Shown here: positions 8,340 through 18,183 of the stretch, piece by piece | Layout: each line of letters opens with the position of its first letter | Numbering within the stretch: position 1 is the first letter of the stretch | Source: an uncultured Actinomycetes bacterium | GTDB lineage: Bacteria > Actinomycetota > Acidimicrobiia > IMCC26256 > PALSA-610 | NCBI GenBank assembly: GCA_963740835.1 | Contig: CAVUFH010000001.1 | Coordinates: forward strand, 214,987-278,986 | DNA length: 64,000 nt | Direction of reading: 5' to 3' | Program-made: the position numbers and the translations under genes | The notes under the pieces: model-generated | The model's input: the letters and a program-made list of their open reading frames with translations, nothing else | Database searches by the model: none | Told to the model about the DNA's origin: nothing

Positions 8340-9668
8340 TCACGCGTCGCACTCGCGCTCGAATTCTGCGAACCGTCCGGCCGATGCGTCGGGGAGACGC
8401 GCCTGCACGCGCGTGCCGGAGTCGGCATGCACTTCCATCAGTACCTCGCCCGCGCGGTGGAGCGCGGCGAGCACGTCGCCGCGGTCGTACGGCACGACGT
8501 ACTCGACGACGCGCGCCAGCATGCGCAGCCGGTCACCGATCGCACCGAGGAGCTCCTCGATCCCGTCACCGCTCTTGGCCGAGATCGCGACGGATCCCGA
8601 GTGCGCGGCGACGAGCCGCTTCACTTCGGTGCGTTCGGCCGTGTCGGCCTTGGTCCACACGAGGAGCGTGGGCAGGTGGCCGGCGCCGATCTCGCGCAAC
8701 ACCGCCTCGACCGCTTCGATGCGCAGCTCCGGTTCCGGCGTCGACGCGTCGACGAGGTGCACGAGCAGATCCGCGTCCGAGACCTCGTCGAGCGTCGTGC
8801 GGAACGCCTCGACGAGTTGGTGCGGGAGCTTGCGCACGAATCCGACCGTGTCCGACACGAGGACAGTCTCACCACCGGGCAGGTGCAGCCGGCGGGTCGT
8901 CGGGTCGAGGGTCGAGAACAACTGGTCCTCGACGAGAACACCCGCGTTGGTGAGCCGGTTCAGCAACGTGGACTTCCCCGCGTTGGTGTAACCGACGAGC
9001 GCGACGCGCAACAGCTCGCGCCTGCGACGCGCCTTGCGTTGCGTCTCGCGCGTCGCGACCACCGTGCGCAGATCGCCTTCGAGCTTCTGCACCCGGCGCA
9101 CGAGCCGGCGCCGGTCGACTTCGAGCTGGGTCTCGCCCGGCCCGCGGCGGGTTCCGATGCCACCGGCCTGCTGACTCAGCTGCAAGCCGCGGCCGCGCAG
9201 GCGCGGCAGCCGGTAGCGGAGTTGTGCGAGCTCGACCTGGATCATTCCTTCCTGGCTCGTCGCGTGCTGGGCGAAGATGTCGAGGATCAGGGCGGCGCGA
9301 TCGACGACGTCGACCTTGAACAGCTTCTCGAGGTTGCGCTGCTGCGCGGGCGTGAGCTCGTCGTCGAACACGACCACATCGATGTCGAGCGCGACGCCGA
9401 GCTGCCGCAGCTCCTCGGCCTTGCCCTTGCCGATGTACGTGGCGGGGTCGGGGGTCGTGCGTCGCTGGAGCACACGCTCGACGGGATCGGCACCCGCGGT
9501 CTCGGTGAGGAGCACGAGCTCGTCGAGCGAGGCCTCCGCTTCCTCGACGCTCGTCGTGCCATACCCGGTGCCGACGAGCAGTGCGCGCTGTTGCCGCCGC
9601 TCGAGGTCGACCTCAGTGGCGGTCAGGCGGCGGCGCTGACGGTTCTGGTGCGAGCGCGACGGACTCAT
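8340..9668 (-). CDS. hflX: GTPase HflX
   Basis: HflX N-domain (DELTPAQQRNLEKLF...) plus G motifs GYTNAGKST, DTVGF, TKAD. The ATG 9668 start overlaps the dapF stop (ATGA). Confidence 0.9.
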   Translation of the reverse strand: MSPSRSHQNRQRRRLTATEVDLERRQQRALLVGTGYGTTSVEEAEASLDELVLLTETAGADPVERVLQRRTTPDPATYIGKGKAEELRQLGVALDIDVVVFDDELTPAQQRNLEKLFKVDVVDRAALILDIFAQHATSQEGMIQVELAQLRYRLPRLRGRGLQLSQQAGGIGTRRGPGETQLEVDRRRLVRRVQKLEGDLRTVVATRETQRKARRRRELLRVALVGYTNAGKSTLLNRLTNAGVLVEDQLFSTLDPTTRRLHLPGGETVLVSDTVGFVRKLPHQLVEAFRTTLDEVSDADLLVHLVDASTPEPELRIEAVEAVLREIGAGHLPTLLVWTKADTAERTEVKRLVAAHSGSVAISAKSGDGIEELLGAIGDRLRMLARVVEYVVPYDRGDVLAALHRAGEVLMEVHADSGTRVQARLPDASAGRFAEFERECDA

Positions 9669-10510
9669 GCACCCACTCGCAGCGCTTCGATCGGAACCTC
9701 CACGTCGAAGACGTGCACCACCGGACCACCGAGATGCACTGTCTCGTCGAGCGTCACCGCCAAGGTCCCGCCGAGCACGTCGACCGCCACACGCGGGCCG
9801 ACCAGCTCCCTTCGGTGCGCGACTGCGGCAACCGCGCACGCGCCGGTCCCGCACGACAGCGTCTCCCCCGCGCCCCGTTCCCAGACGCGCATGGCGATCC
9901 GGTCGGCGTGGATCACGCGCACGAACTCGACGTTCGTGCGGCGCGGGAACCGAGCGTCGCGCTCGAGCACGGGCCCGTGCGTCGTCACCGGCGCCGCGGC
10001 CGGGTCATCGACGAACAAGACGAGGTGCGGGTTCCCCATGCCGGCCGCGTCACCCCGGTAGAACACGCCCTCGGCCACGGCTTCGAGCTCGAACGGATCG
10101 TCGACCGCGATCGGGATGCGCGTGGGCTCGAACGTGACCGGTCCCATGTCGACGTCGGCGGCCACGACCGAACCGCCCGCGCGCTCGAGCTGCACTCGCC
10201 GCCGGCCCGCGGCGGTCTCGACGTCGAGCTCGCCGTCGCGGGCCAAACCCGCGCGCGCCGCGACCCACGCGAGGCAGCGAATGCCGTTGCCGCTCATCTC
10301 GGCGACGCCGCCGTCGGCGTTCACGAGCGTCATCGTGCAGTCGGCGCCACCGGTTCCCGGCCCGATCGTGATCAGCCCGTCGGCGCCGATGCCGCGGTGT
10401 CGGTCGCACAGTGCGACGACTGTGCGCGCGTCGAGCGCGCGGGCGGGCTCGTCGAGCGCGAGGCCGACGAGGAAGTCGTTGCCGGTGGCATGGAGCTTGG
10501 ACAGGTGCAT
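9665..10510 (-). CDS. dapF: diaminopimelate epimerase
   Basis: MHLSKLHATGNDFLV start and both catalytic-Cys contexts (SGNGIRC, SCGTGACA). 281 aa. This is the real part of the 593-aa track ORF 9665-11446. Confidence 0.92.
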   Translation of the reverse strand: MHLSKLHATGNDFLVGLALDEPARALDARTVVALCDRHRGIGADGLITIGPGTGGADCTMTLVNADGGVAEMSGNGIRCLAWVAARAGLARDGELDVETAAGRRRVQLERAGGSVVAADVDMGPVTFEPTRIPIAVDDPFELEAVAEGVFYRGDAAGMGNPHLVLFVDDPAAAPVTTHGPVLERDARFPRRTNVEFVRVIHADRIAMRVWERGAGETLSCGTGACAVAAVAHRRELVGPRVAVDVLGGTLAVTLDETVHLGGPVVHVFDVEVPIEALRVGA

Positions 10511-10518
10511 CGAGGCGG

Positions 10519-11465
10519 TCACACCGGTGCGGGAACGGAACCCGTCCAGGTTGCCAGGATCGCGGGCGCGAGTTCCTGCGGTTTCCCGGCGCCGGCCAGC
10601 CACTCGATGCGGGGGTCGCGCCGGAACCACATGCGCTGGCGGCGCGCGAAGCGCCGGGTGCGGTGCACCGCCTCGGCGAACGCGCCGTCGAGGGAGGGCT
10701 GTCGACCGTTCAGGTACGCGAGCGCCTCGCGGTAGCCGATCGCCTGGGCCGCGGTGCGCGAGAGTGGGCCTGGCGCCGACGCGAGAGCACGCACCTCGTC
10801 GAGCAGCCCACCGGCGCGCATCGTTGCGAAGCGACGCTCGATGCGCGTCGCTCAACACGGACCGCGCTGGTCCAGATGCCGACGAGACGGACGTCGATCG
10901 CGGGACGCGCGTACGTCTCGAAGCCGGTACCGAAGGACGAGAAGGGGCGTCCCGTCGTGTCGAACACCTCGAGCGCACGCACGATGCGGCGCCGATTGTT
11001 CGGTTCGATGCGCGCCGCCGCGACCTTGTCGACGGTGCGCAGCCGGGCGTAGGCGCGTGCGACACCGTCGGGCGTCTCCGTCGCGCCGACGAGTGCGGCG
11101 CGGACGACCAGGTCCTCGCCTGGGAGCGCGAGGTCGTCGACGACTGCGCGCACGTACAGACCGGTGCCGCCGACGAGCAGCGCGCGCCGCCCCCGCTTCT
11201 CGACGTCGGCGATCGCGCGGCGCCCGAGCTCCTGCGTGCGTGCGACCGACCAATCCTCGGACGGATCCGCCACGTCGACGAGATGGTGCGGCACCGCAGC
11301 ACGCTCGGCCGCGGTCGGCTTGGCCGTGCCGATGTCCATCCCGCGGTACACCTGCATCGAGTCGAGCGAGATGATCTCGACGTCGCCCGCTCGCTGCGCG
11401 ACCTCGAGCGCCAGCGCGGTCTTGCCCGCGGCGGTCGGGCCGACAAGCGCGAGATGACGCGTCAC
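10519..11465 (-). pseudogene. miaA: tRNA dimethylallyltransferase MiaA, reading frame broken near 10845-10871
   Basis: N-terminal 250 aa are in the frame of ORF 10710-12095 (P-loop GPTAAGKT, SMQVYRGMDIGTAKPT). The C-terminal 100 aa are in ORF 10519-10821 (RIERRFATMRAGGLLDEV...). The span is 947 nt, not a multiple of 3. The GTG start overlaps the miaB stop (GTGA). Confidence 0.85.
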
Positions 11466-12925
11466 GCAGGCGACGCCGACACCGGGATGCGGACGCGGCG
11501 CGAGCGCGTCGGCCGGACGCGCCGGACGTGCTCGCCCCGCAACCAGTGCGGGGCCGCGGCGGTGATCCGCGCATCCACGTACTCGCCGCCGGCGAGCGCC
11601 CCGGGACTCGGCGGTGCGAGGTGCACGAGCTTGTTGTGCCGGGAGCGTCCCGACCACACCGACGGGTCCTTCTTCGATGGGCCCTCGATGAGAACTTCCT
11701 CGACGGCGCCGATGCGCGCCTCGTGGCGCCGGAGCGCGCTGCGCTCGACGACCTCCGCGAGCCGCACCATGCGTTCTTGGACGACCGCCGCGGGTACGAA
11801 CTCGTCGACCATGGTTGCGGCCTCGGTGCCGGGCCGGGGCGAGAACACGAACGTGTAGGCCGCGTCGTAGTCGGCTTCCCCGACGACCTCGAGCGTCGCC
11901 GCGAAGTCGGCTTCGGTCTCGCCCGGGAAACCGACGATCAGGTCGGTGGTGACCGCGAGGTCCGGGATCGCGGCGCGCGCGGCAACGAGTCGCGTCAGGT
12001 ACCGCGCCGCGGTGTAGCCGCGGTGCATGCGCGCGAGCGTGCGGTCGCTGCCGGACTGCAACGGCAGGTGCAGGTGCTCGCACACCGCACCGCACTCCGC
12101 CATCGCCGCGATCGTCTCCGGCCGCAGATCCTTGGGGTGGGGCGAGGTGTACCGAACCCGTTCGATGCCGTCTACTGCGTCGATCGCGCGCAGCAGGTCC
12201 GCGAACTCCGGCCGGTACTGGCCGGCACCGAGGTCACGGCCGTACGAATTGACGTTCTGACCGAGCAGGGTGATCTCGGAGACGCCGTCGGCCGCGAGCG
12301 ACTCGACCTCGTGCACGATGTCACCCATCCGCCGGCTGACTTCCCGCCCGCGCACGGACGGGACGATGCAGAAGGCGCACGTGTTGTCGCAGCCGATCTG
12401 GATCGTGACCCACGCCGCGTGATCGACCTCGCGCCGGGCCGGGAGCGCCGATGGATACGCCTCGTGCTCCTCGAGGATCTCGACGATCGGCCCGGCCGTG
12501 CGCGAGCGCTCGAGCAGTTCCGGCGCGCTTGCGAGGTTGTGCGTGCCGAACACGACGTCGACGTGTGGTGCACGGGCCAGCACCTGGTCGCGGTCTTTCT
12601 GGGCGAGGCAGCCGCCCACCGCGATCTGCAGGTCGGGCCGCGCGTCCTTCAAGGACTTCAGGTGGCCCAGGTGGCCATAGAGCTTGTTGTCCGCGTTCTC
12701 GCGGATGCAGCAGGTGTTGAGAACGACGACATCGGCGGCGGCAAGATCGTCGGTGGGTTCCATGCCTTCGGCCGCGAGCAATCCCGCGATGCGTTCCGAG
12801 TCGTGCTCGTTCATCTGGCAGCCGAAGGTGCGCACGAAGAACCGGCGGGTCACCGCGCCAGTGTACGGGCCGGGTCGCGGCACCCTCGCTGACGTAGCCT
12901 CCTCCGCCGGTGCCGGCGCCGACAC
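11462..12925 (-). CDS. miaB: tRNA-2-methylthio-N6-dimethylallyladenosine synthase (radical SAM methylthiotransferase)
   Basis: UPF0004 cysteines (TFGCQMN, LNTCCIRE), radical-SAM CDNTCAFC, TRAM C-terminus. 487 aa. Confidence 0.93.
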   Translation of the reverse strand: MSAPAPAEEATSARVPRPGPYTGAVTRRFFVRTFGCQMNEHDSERIAGLLAAEGMEPTDDLAAADVVVLNTCCIRENADNKLYGHLGHLKSLKDARPDLQIAVGGCLAQKDRDQVLARAPHVDVVFGTHNLASAPELLERSRTAGPIVEILEEHEAYPSALPARREVDHAAWVTIQIGCDNTCAFCIVPSVRGREVSRRMGDIVHEVESLAADGVSEITLLGQNVNSYGRDLGAGQYRPEFADLLRAIDAVDGIERVRYTSPHPKDLRPETIAAMAECGAVCEHLHLPLQSGSDRTLARMHRGYTAARYLTRLVAARAAIPDLAVTTDLIVGFPGETEADFAATLEVVGEADYDAAYTFVFSPRPGTEAATMVDEFVPAAVVQERMVRLAEVVERSALRRHEARIGAVEEVLIEGPSKKDPSVWSGRSRHNKLVHLAPPSPGALAGGEYVDARITAAAPHWLRGEHVRRVRPTRSRRVRIPVSASPA

Positions 12926-12938
12926 GATCGACCTCCTG

Positions 12939-13661
12939 ATGGACTACACGTGGGCGGCGATCGTCGTGGCCGCGCTGGGCACGATCGTGGGCGCGACGAT
13001 CCAGGGCTCGATCGGGTTCGGCATGAACCTGGTCACCGTGCCGGTGCTCGCGTTGGCGCTCCCCGAGGCGCTGCCCGCGACGGTCGTGCTGCTGGGGATC
13101 CCGATCTCGTTCACCATGCTGCGGCACGAACACCACGCGCTCGACCGCACGGCCCTGGCGTGGATCCTGGGCGGACGGGTGCCCGGCACGATCCTCGGCG
13201 CGTGGATCGTCGCAGTCGTGACCACGTCCACGCTGCAGTTCCTGATCGGCAGCTTCGTGCTGCTGTTCGTCGCGGCCAGCCTGTTCGCTCCCGCGATCCC
13301 GGTGCGGTGGCAGACCCAGGCCGCGGCGGGCGCCGCATCCGGCGTCACCGGAACCGCCGCGGGCATCGGCGGTCCGCCGATCGCACTGCTGTACCAACGC
13401 CACGCGGGTCCGGCGATGCGGTCGATCCTCGCCGCATCGTTCTTCTTCGGCACATTCCTGTCGCTCGTCACCCTCGCGATCGCCGGCCAAGTGAGCTGGG
13501 CCCAAGTCGTGCTCGGTCTCGCATTGAGCCCGCTCGTGCTGGCCGGCACCTTCGCGGGTCGGCGCCTCCATGGCATCCTCGACCGGGGATGGATGCGGCC
13601 GGCCGTCCTCGCGTTCGCGGGCATCTCCGCTGCCGTTGTCATCGTGAACGCCGCGCGCTGA
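12939..13661 (+). CDS. TauE/SafE (TSUP) family anion exporter
   Basis: 240 aa from MDYTWAAIVVAALG with about 7-8 hydrophobic helices and Gly-rich repeats typical of TSUP proteins. The upstream part of track ORF 12684-13661 is antisense to miaB. Confidence 0.75.
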   Translation: MDYTWAAIVVAALGTIVGATIQGSIGFGMNLVTVPVLALALPEALPATVVLLGIPISFTMLRHEHHALDRTALAWILGGRVPGTILGAWIVAVVTTSTLQFLIGSFVLLFVAASLFAPAIPVRWQTQAAAGAASGVTGTAAGIGGPPIALLYQRHAGPAMRSILAASFFFGTFLSLVTLAIAGQVSWAQVVLGLALSPLVLAGTFAGRRLHGILDRGWMRPAVLAFAGISAAVVIVNAAR

Positions 13662-14784
13662 CGACGCCCCCGGCGACTCCGCCCGCCTGCATCACCGCGA
13701 GGTCGACCAGCACCGGCCGGTGATCCGACCCGGAACCGCGCAGCTCGCGGACGTCGAGCACCACCAGCGCGTCGTCGACAAGCACGTGGTCGACCTGCAC
13801 GGGAAGCGACAGATGGGCGCCGTTCGGCCAGGTCGGCACCAAGCCGTGCCCGCCGCGCTGTTGGGCGCTCTCGAGCCCGAGGTCTCGCATCTGGTGCATG
13901 GTCTTGTTGTACGGCGTGGCGTTGAAGTCGCCCGCGACGACGCGCGGCGGTGGTTGCTCGCGCACGGCGGTCTCGGCGAGCGCGGCCGACGCTCGATGCG
14001 CGCGCATCCCGTGCGGGGGGCTCACGAGGTGCACGTTGACCAGTGAGAGGTGCACTCGACCCACGTCGATCTGCGCGATGAGCACGGGATTCAGGCCCCG
14101 TCGAAGGACGTCGACATCGTGCAGGGGAAACCGCGAGTAGATCCCGAGGCCGCGTGGCACCTTGTTCGACGAGAGGGTGAAGAAGGGATAGCGCTGCTCG
14201 TAGCCCGCTGCGACCAGCACCCGCACCATCGGCGGCGTCAACTCCTGCAAGAACACGACATCGGCGTCCGCTTCGAGCAGCTCGCCTGCAAGCTTCTCCG
14301 GCTCTGCGTTCGTGAAGCGGACGTTCGCGGTCACGACTCGCAAACGCGGCGCCCGGCGCGCCGCGGCGGGGATCGGATCGGCTGGCCCGGCGCTCGGCAC
14401 GATCGTGGCCACGTGGAAGACGACCACGATCGTCATGACGAGTGCGAGCCCGAATCGGCGGAAGCACCACGCCGCGGACGCGATCGCGTAGGCGGGGAGG
14501 AACAGCCACAGCGTCTGGGCATTGAACGCGGCGAAGAAGCGGTTCTTGTCGAAGGCGAGGAACCGCACCGCGACCAAGCCGACGTAGAACAGCGCCGCGA
14601 GCCAGACGAGCGCGAGCGCCAGCGTCGTGGCGATCCGGATCCGTGTCCGCGACGGCCCGAGTCCGCGATCTCCGCCCGCAGCTGCCACGGGGATGATTCT
14701 GACCGGCGCCGGCGTGCGAACGCGCAACGGCCCCGCCACCGGGGGGACAATGACGGGGCCGTTGTTGGTGGTGACCGCGAACAA
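13639..14784 (-). CDS. membrane-anchored endonuclease/exonuclease/phosphatase (EEP) family protein
   Basis: N-terminal TM helices followed by EEP motifs (RVVTANV, DADVVFLQE, GDFNATP, SDHRPV). The start codon is uncertain (TTG at 14784 or internal). Confidence 0.72.
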   Translation of the reverse strand: MFAVTTNNGPVIVPPVAGPLRVRTPAPVRIIPVAAAGGDRGLGPSRTRIRIATTLALALVWLAALFYVGLVAVRFLAFDKNRFFAAFNAQTLWLFLPAYAIASAAWCFRRFGLALVMTIVVVFHVATIVPSAGPADPIPAAARRAPRLRVVTANVRFTNAEPEKLAGELLEADADVVFLQELTPPMVRVLVAAGYEQRYPFFTLSSNKVPRGLGIYSRFPLHDVDVLRRGLNPVLIAQIDVGRVHLSLVNVHLVSPPHGMRAHRASAALAETAVREQPPPRVVAGDFNATPYNKTMHQMRDLGLESAQQRGGHGLVPTWPNGAHLSLPVQVDHVLVDDALVVLDVRELRGSGSDHRPVLVDLAVMQAGGVAGGVVSARRSR

Positions 14785-14820
14785 CCCGGCTGGGTCGGCT
14801 CCGCAGTCGCCTCCCTGGCG

Positions 14821-15858
14821 TCAGACCTCGGCGTCGGCGTCCTCGGTCGTTTCTTCCTCGTCGAGGTCGATCTCGTCATCGATGCCGGAAGCAGCTCTGA
14901 TCTTCTCGGAGATCTCGACCATCAGATCGACGTTCTCGGTGAGGAAGGTCTTGACGTTCTCCCGGCCCTGGCCGAGCTGTTCGCCTTCGTAGGTGAACCA
15001 CGCACCGGACTTCTTCACGATGCCGAGCTCCACGCCGACGTCGAGCAGCGAACCCTCGCGGCTGATGCCCTTGCCGTACATGATGTCGAACTCGGCTTGC
15101 TTGAACGGCGGTGCGGTCTTGTTCTTGACGACCTTCACGCGTACGCGGTTGCCGACGACCTCGGGGCCGTCCTTGATCGACTCGATGCGCCGGATGTCGA
15201 GGCGGACCGACGAGTAGAACTTCAGCGCCCGACCACCCGGCGTCGTCTCCGGGGAGCCGAACATCACGCCGATCTTCTCCCGCAGCTGGTTGATGAAGAT
15301 CATGATCGTGCGGGACCGGTTCAGGTTGCCGGTGAGCTTGCGCAGGGCCTGGCTCATCAACCGGGCCTGCAGGCCCATGTGCGTGTCGCCCATCTCGCCT
15401 TCGATCTCGGCGCGGGGCACGAGGGCCGCGACCGAGTCGATGACCAGCACGTCGAGCGCGCCCGAACGGACCAGCATGTCGGAGATCTCGAGCGCCTGCT
15501 CACCGGTGTCCGGCTGGCTGATCAGCAGCTCGTCGACGTTCACACCGATCGCGGCCGCGTACACCGGGTCCATCGCGTGCTCGGCGTCGATGTAGGCGCA
15601 CACGCCACCGTTGCGCTGCGCCTCGGCGACCACGTGCGTGGCGAGCGTCGACTTCCCCGACGACTCCGGGCCGTAGATCTCGACGATCCGCCCGCGCGGG
15701 AGTCCGCCGATGCCGAGCGCGAGGTCGAGCGCGAGCGCGCCCGTGGGGATCGCTTCGACCCCGACGTGGCCCCGTTCGCCCAACTTCATGATCGAGCCCT
15801 TGCCGAATTGCTTGTCGATCTGGCTGAGTGCCATCTCGAGGGCCTTGTCCCGGTCCAC
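14821..15858 (-). CDS. recA: recombinase RecA
   Basis: Full-length 345 aa, Walker [11 protein letters not shown]1/L2 regions, acidic C-terminal tail. No intein. Confidence 0.97.
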   Translation of the reverse strand: MDRDKALEMALSQIDKQFGKGSIMKLGERGHVGVEAIPTGALALDLALGIGGLPRGRIVEIYGPESSGKSTLATHVVAEAQRNGGVCAYIDAEHAMDPVYAAAIGVNVDELLISQPDTGEQALEISDMLVRSGALDVLVIDSVAALVPRAEIEGEMGDTHMGLQARLMSQALRKLTGNLNRSRTIMIFINQLREKIGVMFGSPETTPGGRALKFYSSVRLDIRRIESIKDGPEVVGNRVRVKVVKNKTAPPFKQAEFDIMYGKGISREGSLLDVGVELGIVKKSGAWFTYEGEQLGQGRENVKTFLTENVDLMVEISEKIRAASGIDDEIDLDEEETTEDADAEV

Positions 15859-15960
15859 CGTGGAACCCCTCTCTGCCGTGCGGCGTCGTCATTGCTCGTT
15901 GTCGAGTCGTGATTGGCGGGGGAAGCGCTCACTCGGAACGTACCGAGGGGGTGTGACAAC

Positions 15961-16004
15961 TACGCGAGCGGTCTGGTAGGCGAGCGTTCGGTACGCGAGC
16001 GGTC
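15961..16004. repeat. 13-bp direct repeat TACGCGAGCGGTC x2 (31-nt period) upstream of recA
   Basis: Identical copies at 15961-15973 and 15992-16004 in the recA / M50-protease divergent intergenic region. Confidence 0.85.
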
Positions 16005-16019
16005 GGAGCGGTGCCCGAA

Positions 16020-16033
16020 TCACACGCGTGTGA
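16020..16033. promoter_or_regulatory. perfect 14-bp palindrome TCACACGCGTGTGA (unknown binding site or leader hairpin)
   Basis: Perfect dyad, 11 bp from the recA SOS box. It does not match the LexA consensus. Confidence 0.4.
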
Positions 16034-16044
16034 GAAGCCTAGAG

Positions 16045-16058
16045 CGAACAAGCGTTCG
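16045..16058. promoter_or_regulatory. LexA operator (SOS box) of recA
   Basis: CGAACAAGCGTTCG = GAAC-N4-GTTC with matching flanks. It lies 187 nt upstream of the recA ATG and 93 nt upstream of the divergent M50 protease gene. Confidence 0.75.
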
Positions 16059-16150
16059 TAGCAAGGACCGGTCACGCGCGGACCGGGTCGTACGCTCACG
16101 GAACCGAACACGCGTCCGCGGCGTTGTGCCGAGGGACGAAAGGCACACGC

Positions 16151-17263
16151 ATGCGTCCGACAATTCGCCTGGGCCGGATCCGTGGCATCGCCATCGGCGT
16201 GCACTGGAGCCTGCTGGTCATCGGCTTCCTCATCGCGAGCACGCTCGCCGGGAGCTTGCTCCCCTCCCTCGAGCCCGACGCGGGCGGCTCCTACTGGGCC
16301 GCGGCGATCCTGGGCACGGCCCTGTTCTTCGGGTCGATCCTCGCCCACGAGCTCTCCCACGCGCTCGTCGCGCTGAAGCGCGGCCAGCGCGTCGAGGGCA
16401 TCACGCTGTGGCTGCTCGGCGGCGTGGCCAGCCTGCGGGACGAAGCGCCGGACGCCCGCAGCGAATTCCTCGTCGCGGTCGCGGGTCCGGCCACGAGCAT
16501 CGGGCTCGGCGTCGGATTCACCGCGCTCGGCATCGGCCTCGACGCCGTGCTCCCCGACGGCAGCCTGCTCCCCGCGGTCGCGATCTACCTCGGGATCATC
16601 AACCTGGTCCTCGCGGTGTTCAACCTGCTGCCCGGCGCGCCCCTCGACGGCGGCCGCATCCTCGCGTCCGCGCTGTGGGCGTTGCGCAAGGACCGGCGCG
16701 CGGCCGAGATCGCCGCCGCACGAGTCGGTTTCGTGCTCGGCGGGCTGCTCGTCGGCTTCGGCCTCTTCGGGTTCATCACCGGCAACGGCTTCGGTGACAT
16801 CTGGACCGCGCTCATCGGCTGGTTCGTCATCGACGCGTCGCGCTCCGAAGAGCTCGCGGCGCGGGTCGCCCGCACGCTCGATGGCCACACCGTCGCCGAC
16901 CTGATGGGTCCGGCACCGATGCACACGCCCGAGTGGACGACACTGGCCGAGTTCCGAGCCGCCACCGCGGTCGCGATGCCGACGAGCGTGCTGCTCACCG
17001 GCTTCGGCGGCGCGCCGAGCGCGCTGCTGCAGACCGGCGCCTTGCGCGCGGTCACTGGCGCCGCAGCCGAGGCGCAACGGCTGCGCGAGTTCGCGATCCC
17101 GCTCGCCCGCGTGCCGGCGGTGCCGCCCGACACCAGTGCCCGTGACGCGCTCGAGCTCGGTGTGCCCGTCGCCGTCGTCGACGCTGGTCAGATCATCGGC
17201 ATCGTCGGCCTCGACGAGGTCCGCCGCGCCGCCGGCCGCGACGCCATCAAGATCCCGGCCTAG
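16151..17263 (+). CDS. site-2 protease family (M50) zinc metalloprotease with C-terminal CBS pair
   Basis: HELSH zinc motif, second motif NLLPGAPLDGG, multiple TM helices, CBS-like C-terminal half. Start taken as MRPTIRLGRIRGI. Confidence 0.85.
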   Translation: MRPTIRLGRIRGIAIGVHWSLLVIGFLIASTLAGSLLPSLEPDAGGSYWAAAILGTALFFGSILAHELSHALVALKRGQRVEGITLWLLGGVASLRDEAPDARSEFLVAVAGPATSIGLGVGFTALGIGLDAVLPDGSLLPAVAIYLGIINLVLAVFNLLPGAPLDGGRILASALWALRKDRRAAEIAAARVGFVLGGLLVGFGLFGFITGNGFGDIWTALIGWFVIDASRSEELAARVARTLDGHTVADLMGPAPMHTPEWTTLAEFRAATAVAMPTSVLLTGFGGAPSALLQTGALRAVTGAAAEAQRLREFAIPLARVPAVPPDTSARDALELGVPVAVVDAGQIIGIVGLDEVRRAAGRDAIKIPA

Positions 17264-17798
17264 CACCGAGGGCGATCGAGCGTCGCGGCACGTACTGCGC
17301 ACCGTCGCGCCGGAGCACGCTCTCGAACACGACGACCTCGGCGACGGTCCACGCGGGCAACGCGTGGCGCGCGTCGATCATCGCGACCGCATCCGTGAAA
17401 TCGGTGGTCGTCTTGGCGCGCGCGACGGTGAGGTGAGGATGGAACTCGCGCGCTTCGGGCTCGTGCCCGAGCGCGGCGAGGCGCGCACCCACTTCACGGG
17501 CTGTGTGCGCCACGGCGTCGGCGCCTTCACGGAAACCGAGCCACAGCACCCGGCCGCGGCGCGGCTTGGGGAACGCGCCACCGCCACCGAGCTGCACTCG
17601 CGCCGGTGCGACAGGGAGGTCTTCGAGCGCATCACCGACTGCGTCGATGTCGGCTCGGTTGCCGAGGAACTGCAACGTCACGTGCCACTGCGGCCGGGTG
17701 GTCCGGTGCACGTCGCCCAGTTCGAGCGCGTCCGCCAGCGCGGCGACGCCATCGAGCACGGTGTCGGGCGGCACGATCGCGACGAACGCGCGCGTCAC
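17247..17798 (-). CDS. thpR: RNA 2',3'-cyclic phosphodiesterase (2H phosphoesterase, LigT/ThpR)
   Basis: Two HxT/S motifs (WHVTLQF and HPHLTVAR). 183 aa. Confidence 0.82.
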   Translation of the reverse strand: MTRAFVAIVPPDTVLDGVAALADALELGDVHRTTRPQWHVTLQFLGNRADIDAVGDALEDLPVAPARVQLGGGGAFPKPRRGRVLWLGFREGADAVAHTAREVGARLAALGHEPEAREFHPHLTVARAKTTTDFTDAVAMIDARHALPAWTVAEVVVFESVLRRDGAQYVPRRSIALGARPGS

Positions 17799-17823
17799 GG
17801 CTGCAACGTTCAGCAGTTCGAGG

Positions 17824-18183
17824 TCACGAGGTGCAGAGGCAGAGCTCGTTGCCTTCGGGATCCTGCATCACGATCCAGCGGCAGTCGTCGTTGCCGATCG
17901 CGTTCGCGCTCGCGCGCGTTGCGCCGAGCGCGACGAATCGCTCGGCTTCGCGTTCGATCTCGGGGCCGACGATCAGGTCGAGATGCATCCGGTTCTTCAC
18001 GACCTTGCCCTCCGGCACCTTCTGGAACACCAGCTTCGGCCCGGCACCCGCGGCGGGCACGATCGACCGGTAGGTCGTGCCGCTCGAACCGTGCGCGACG
18101 TAGTCGAGCGCGTGCGCGTAGAAGTCGACCATCCGGTCGAGGTCGGCACAATCGACGTTGATCTGGATCTCCACCCGCGTCAC
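17824..18183 (-). CDS. VOC (glyoxalase/bleomycin-resistance-like) family protein
   Basis: 119 aa (VEIQINVDCADLDRMVDFY...NRMHLDL...DPEGNELCL). The GTG start overlaps the cinA stop (GTGA). Confidence 0.72.
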   Translation of the reverse strand: MTRVEIQINVDCADLDRMVDFYAHALDYVAHGSSGTTYRSIVPAAGAGPKLVFQKVPEGKVVKNRMHLDLIVGPEIEREAERFVALGATRASANAIGNDDCRWIVMQDPEGNELCLCTS

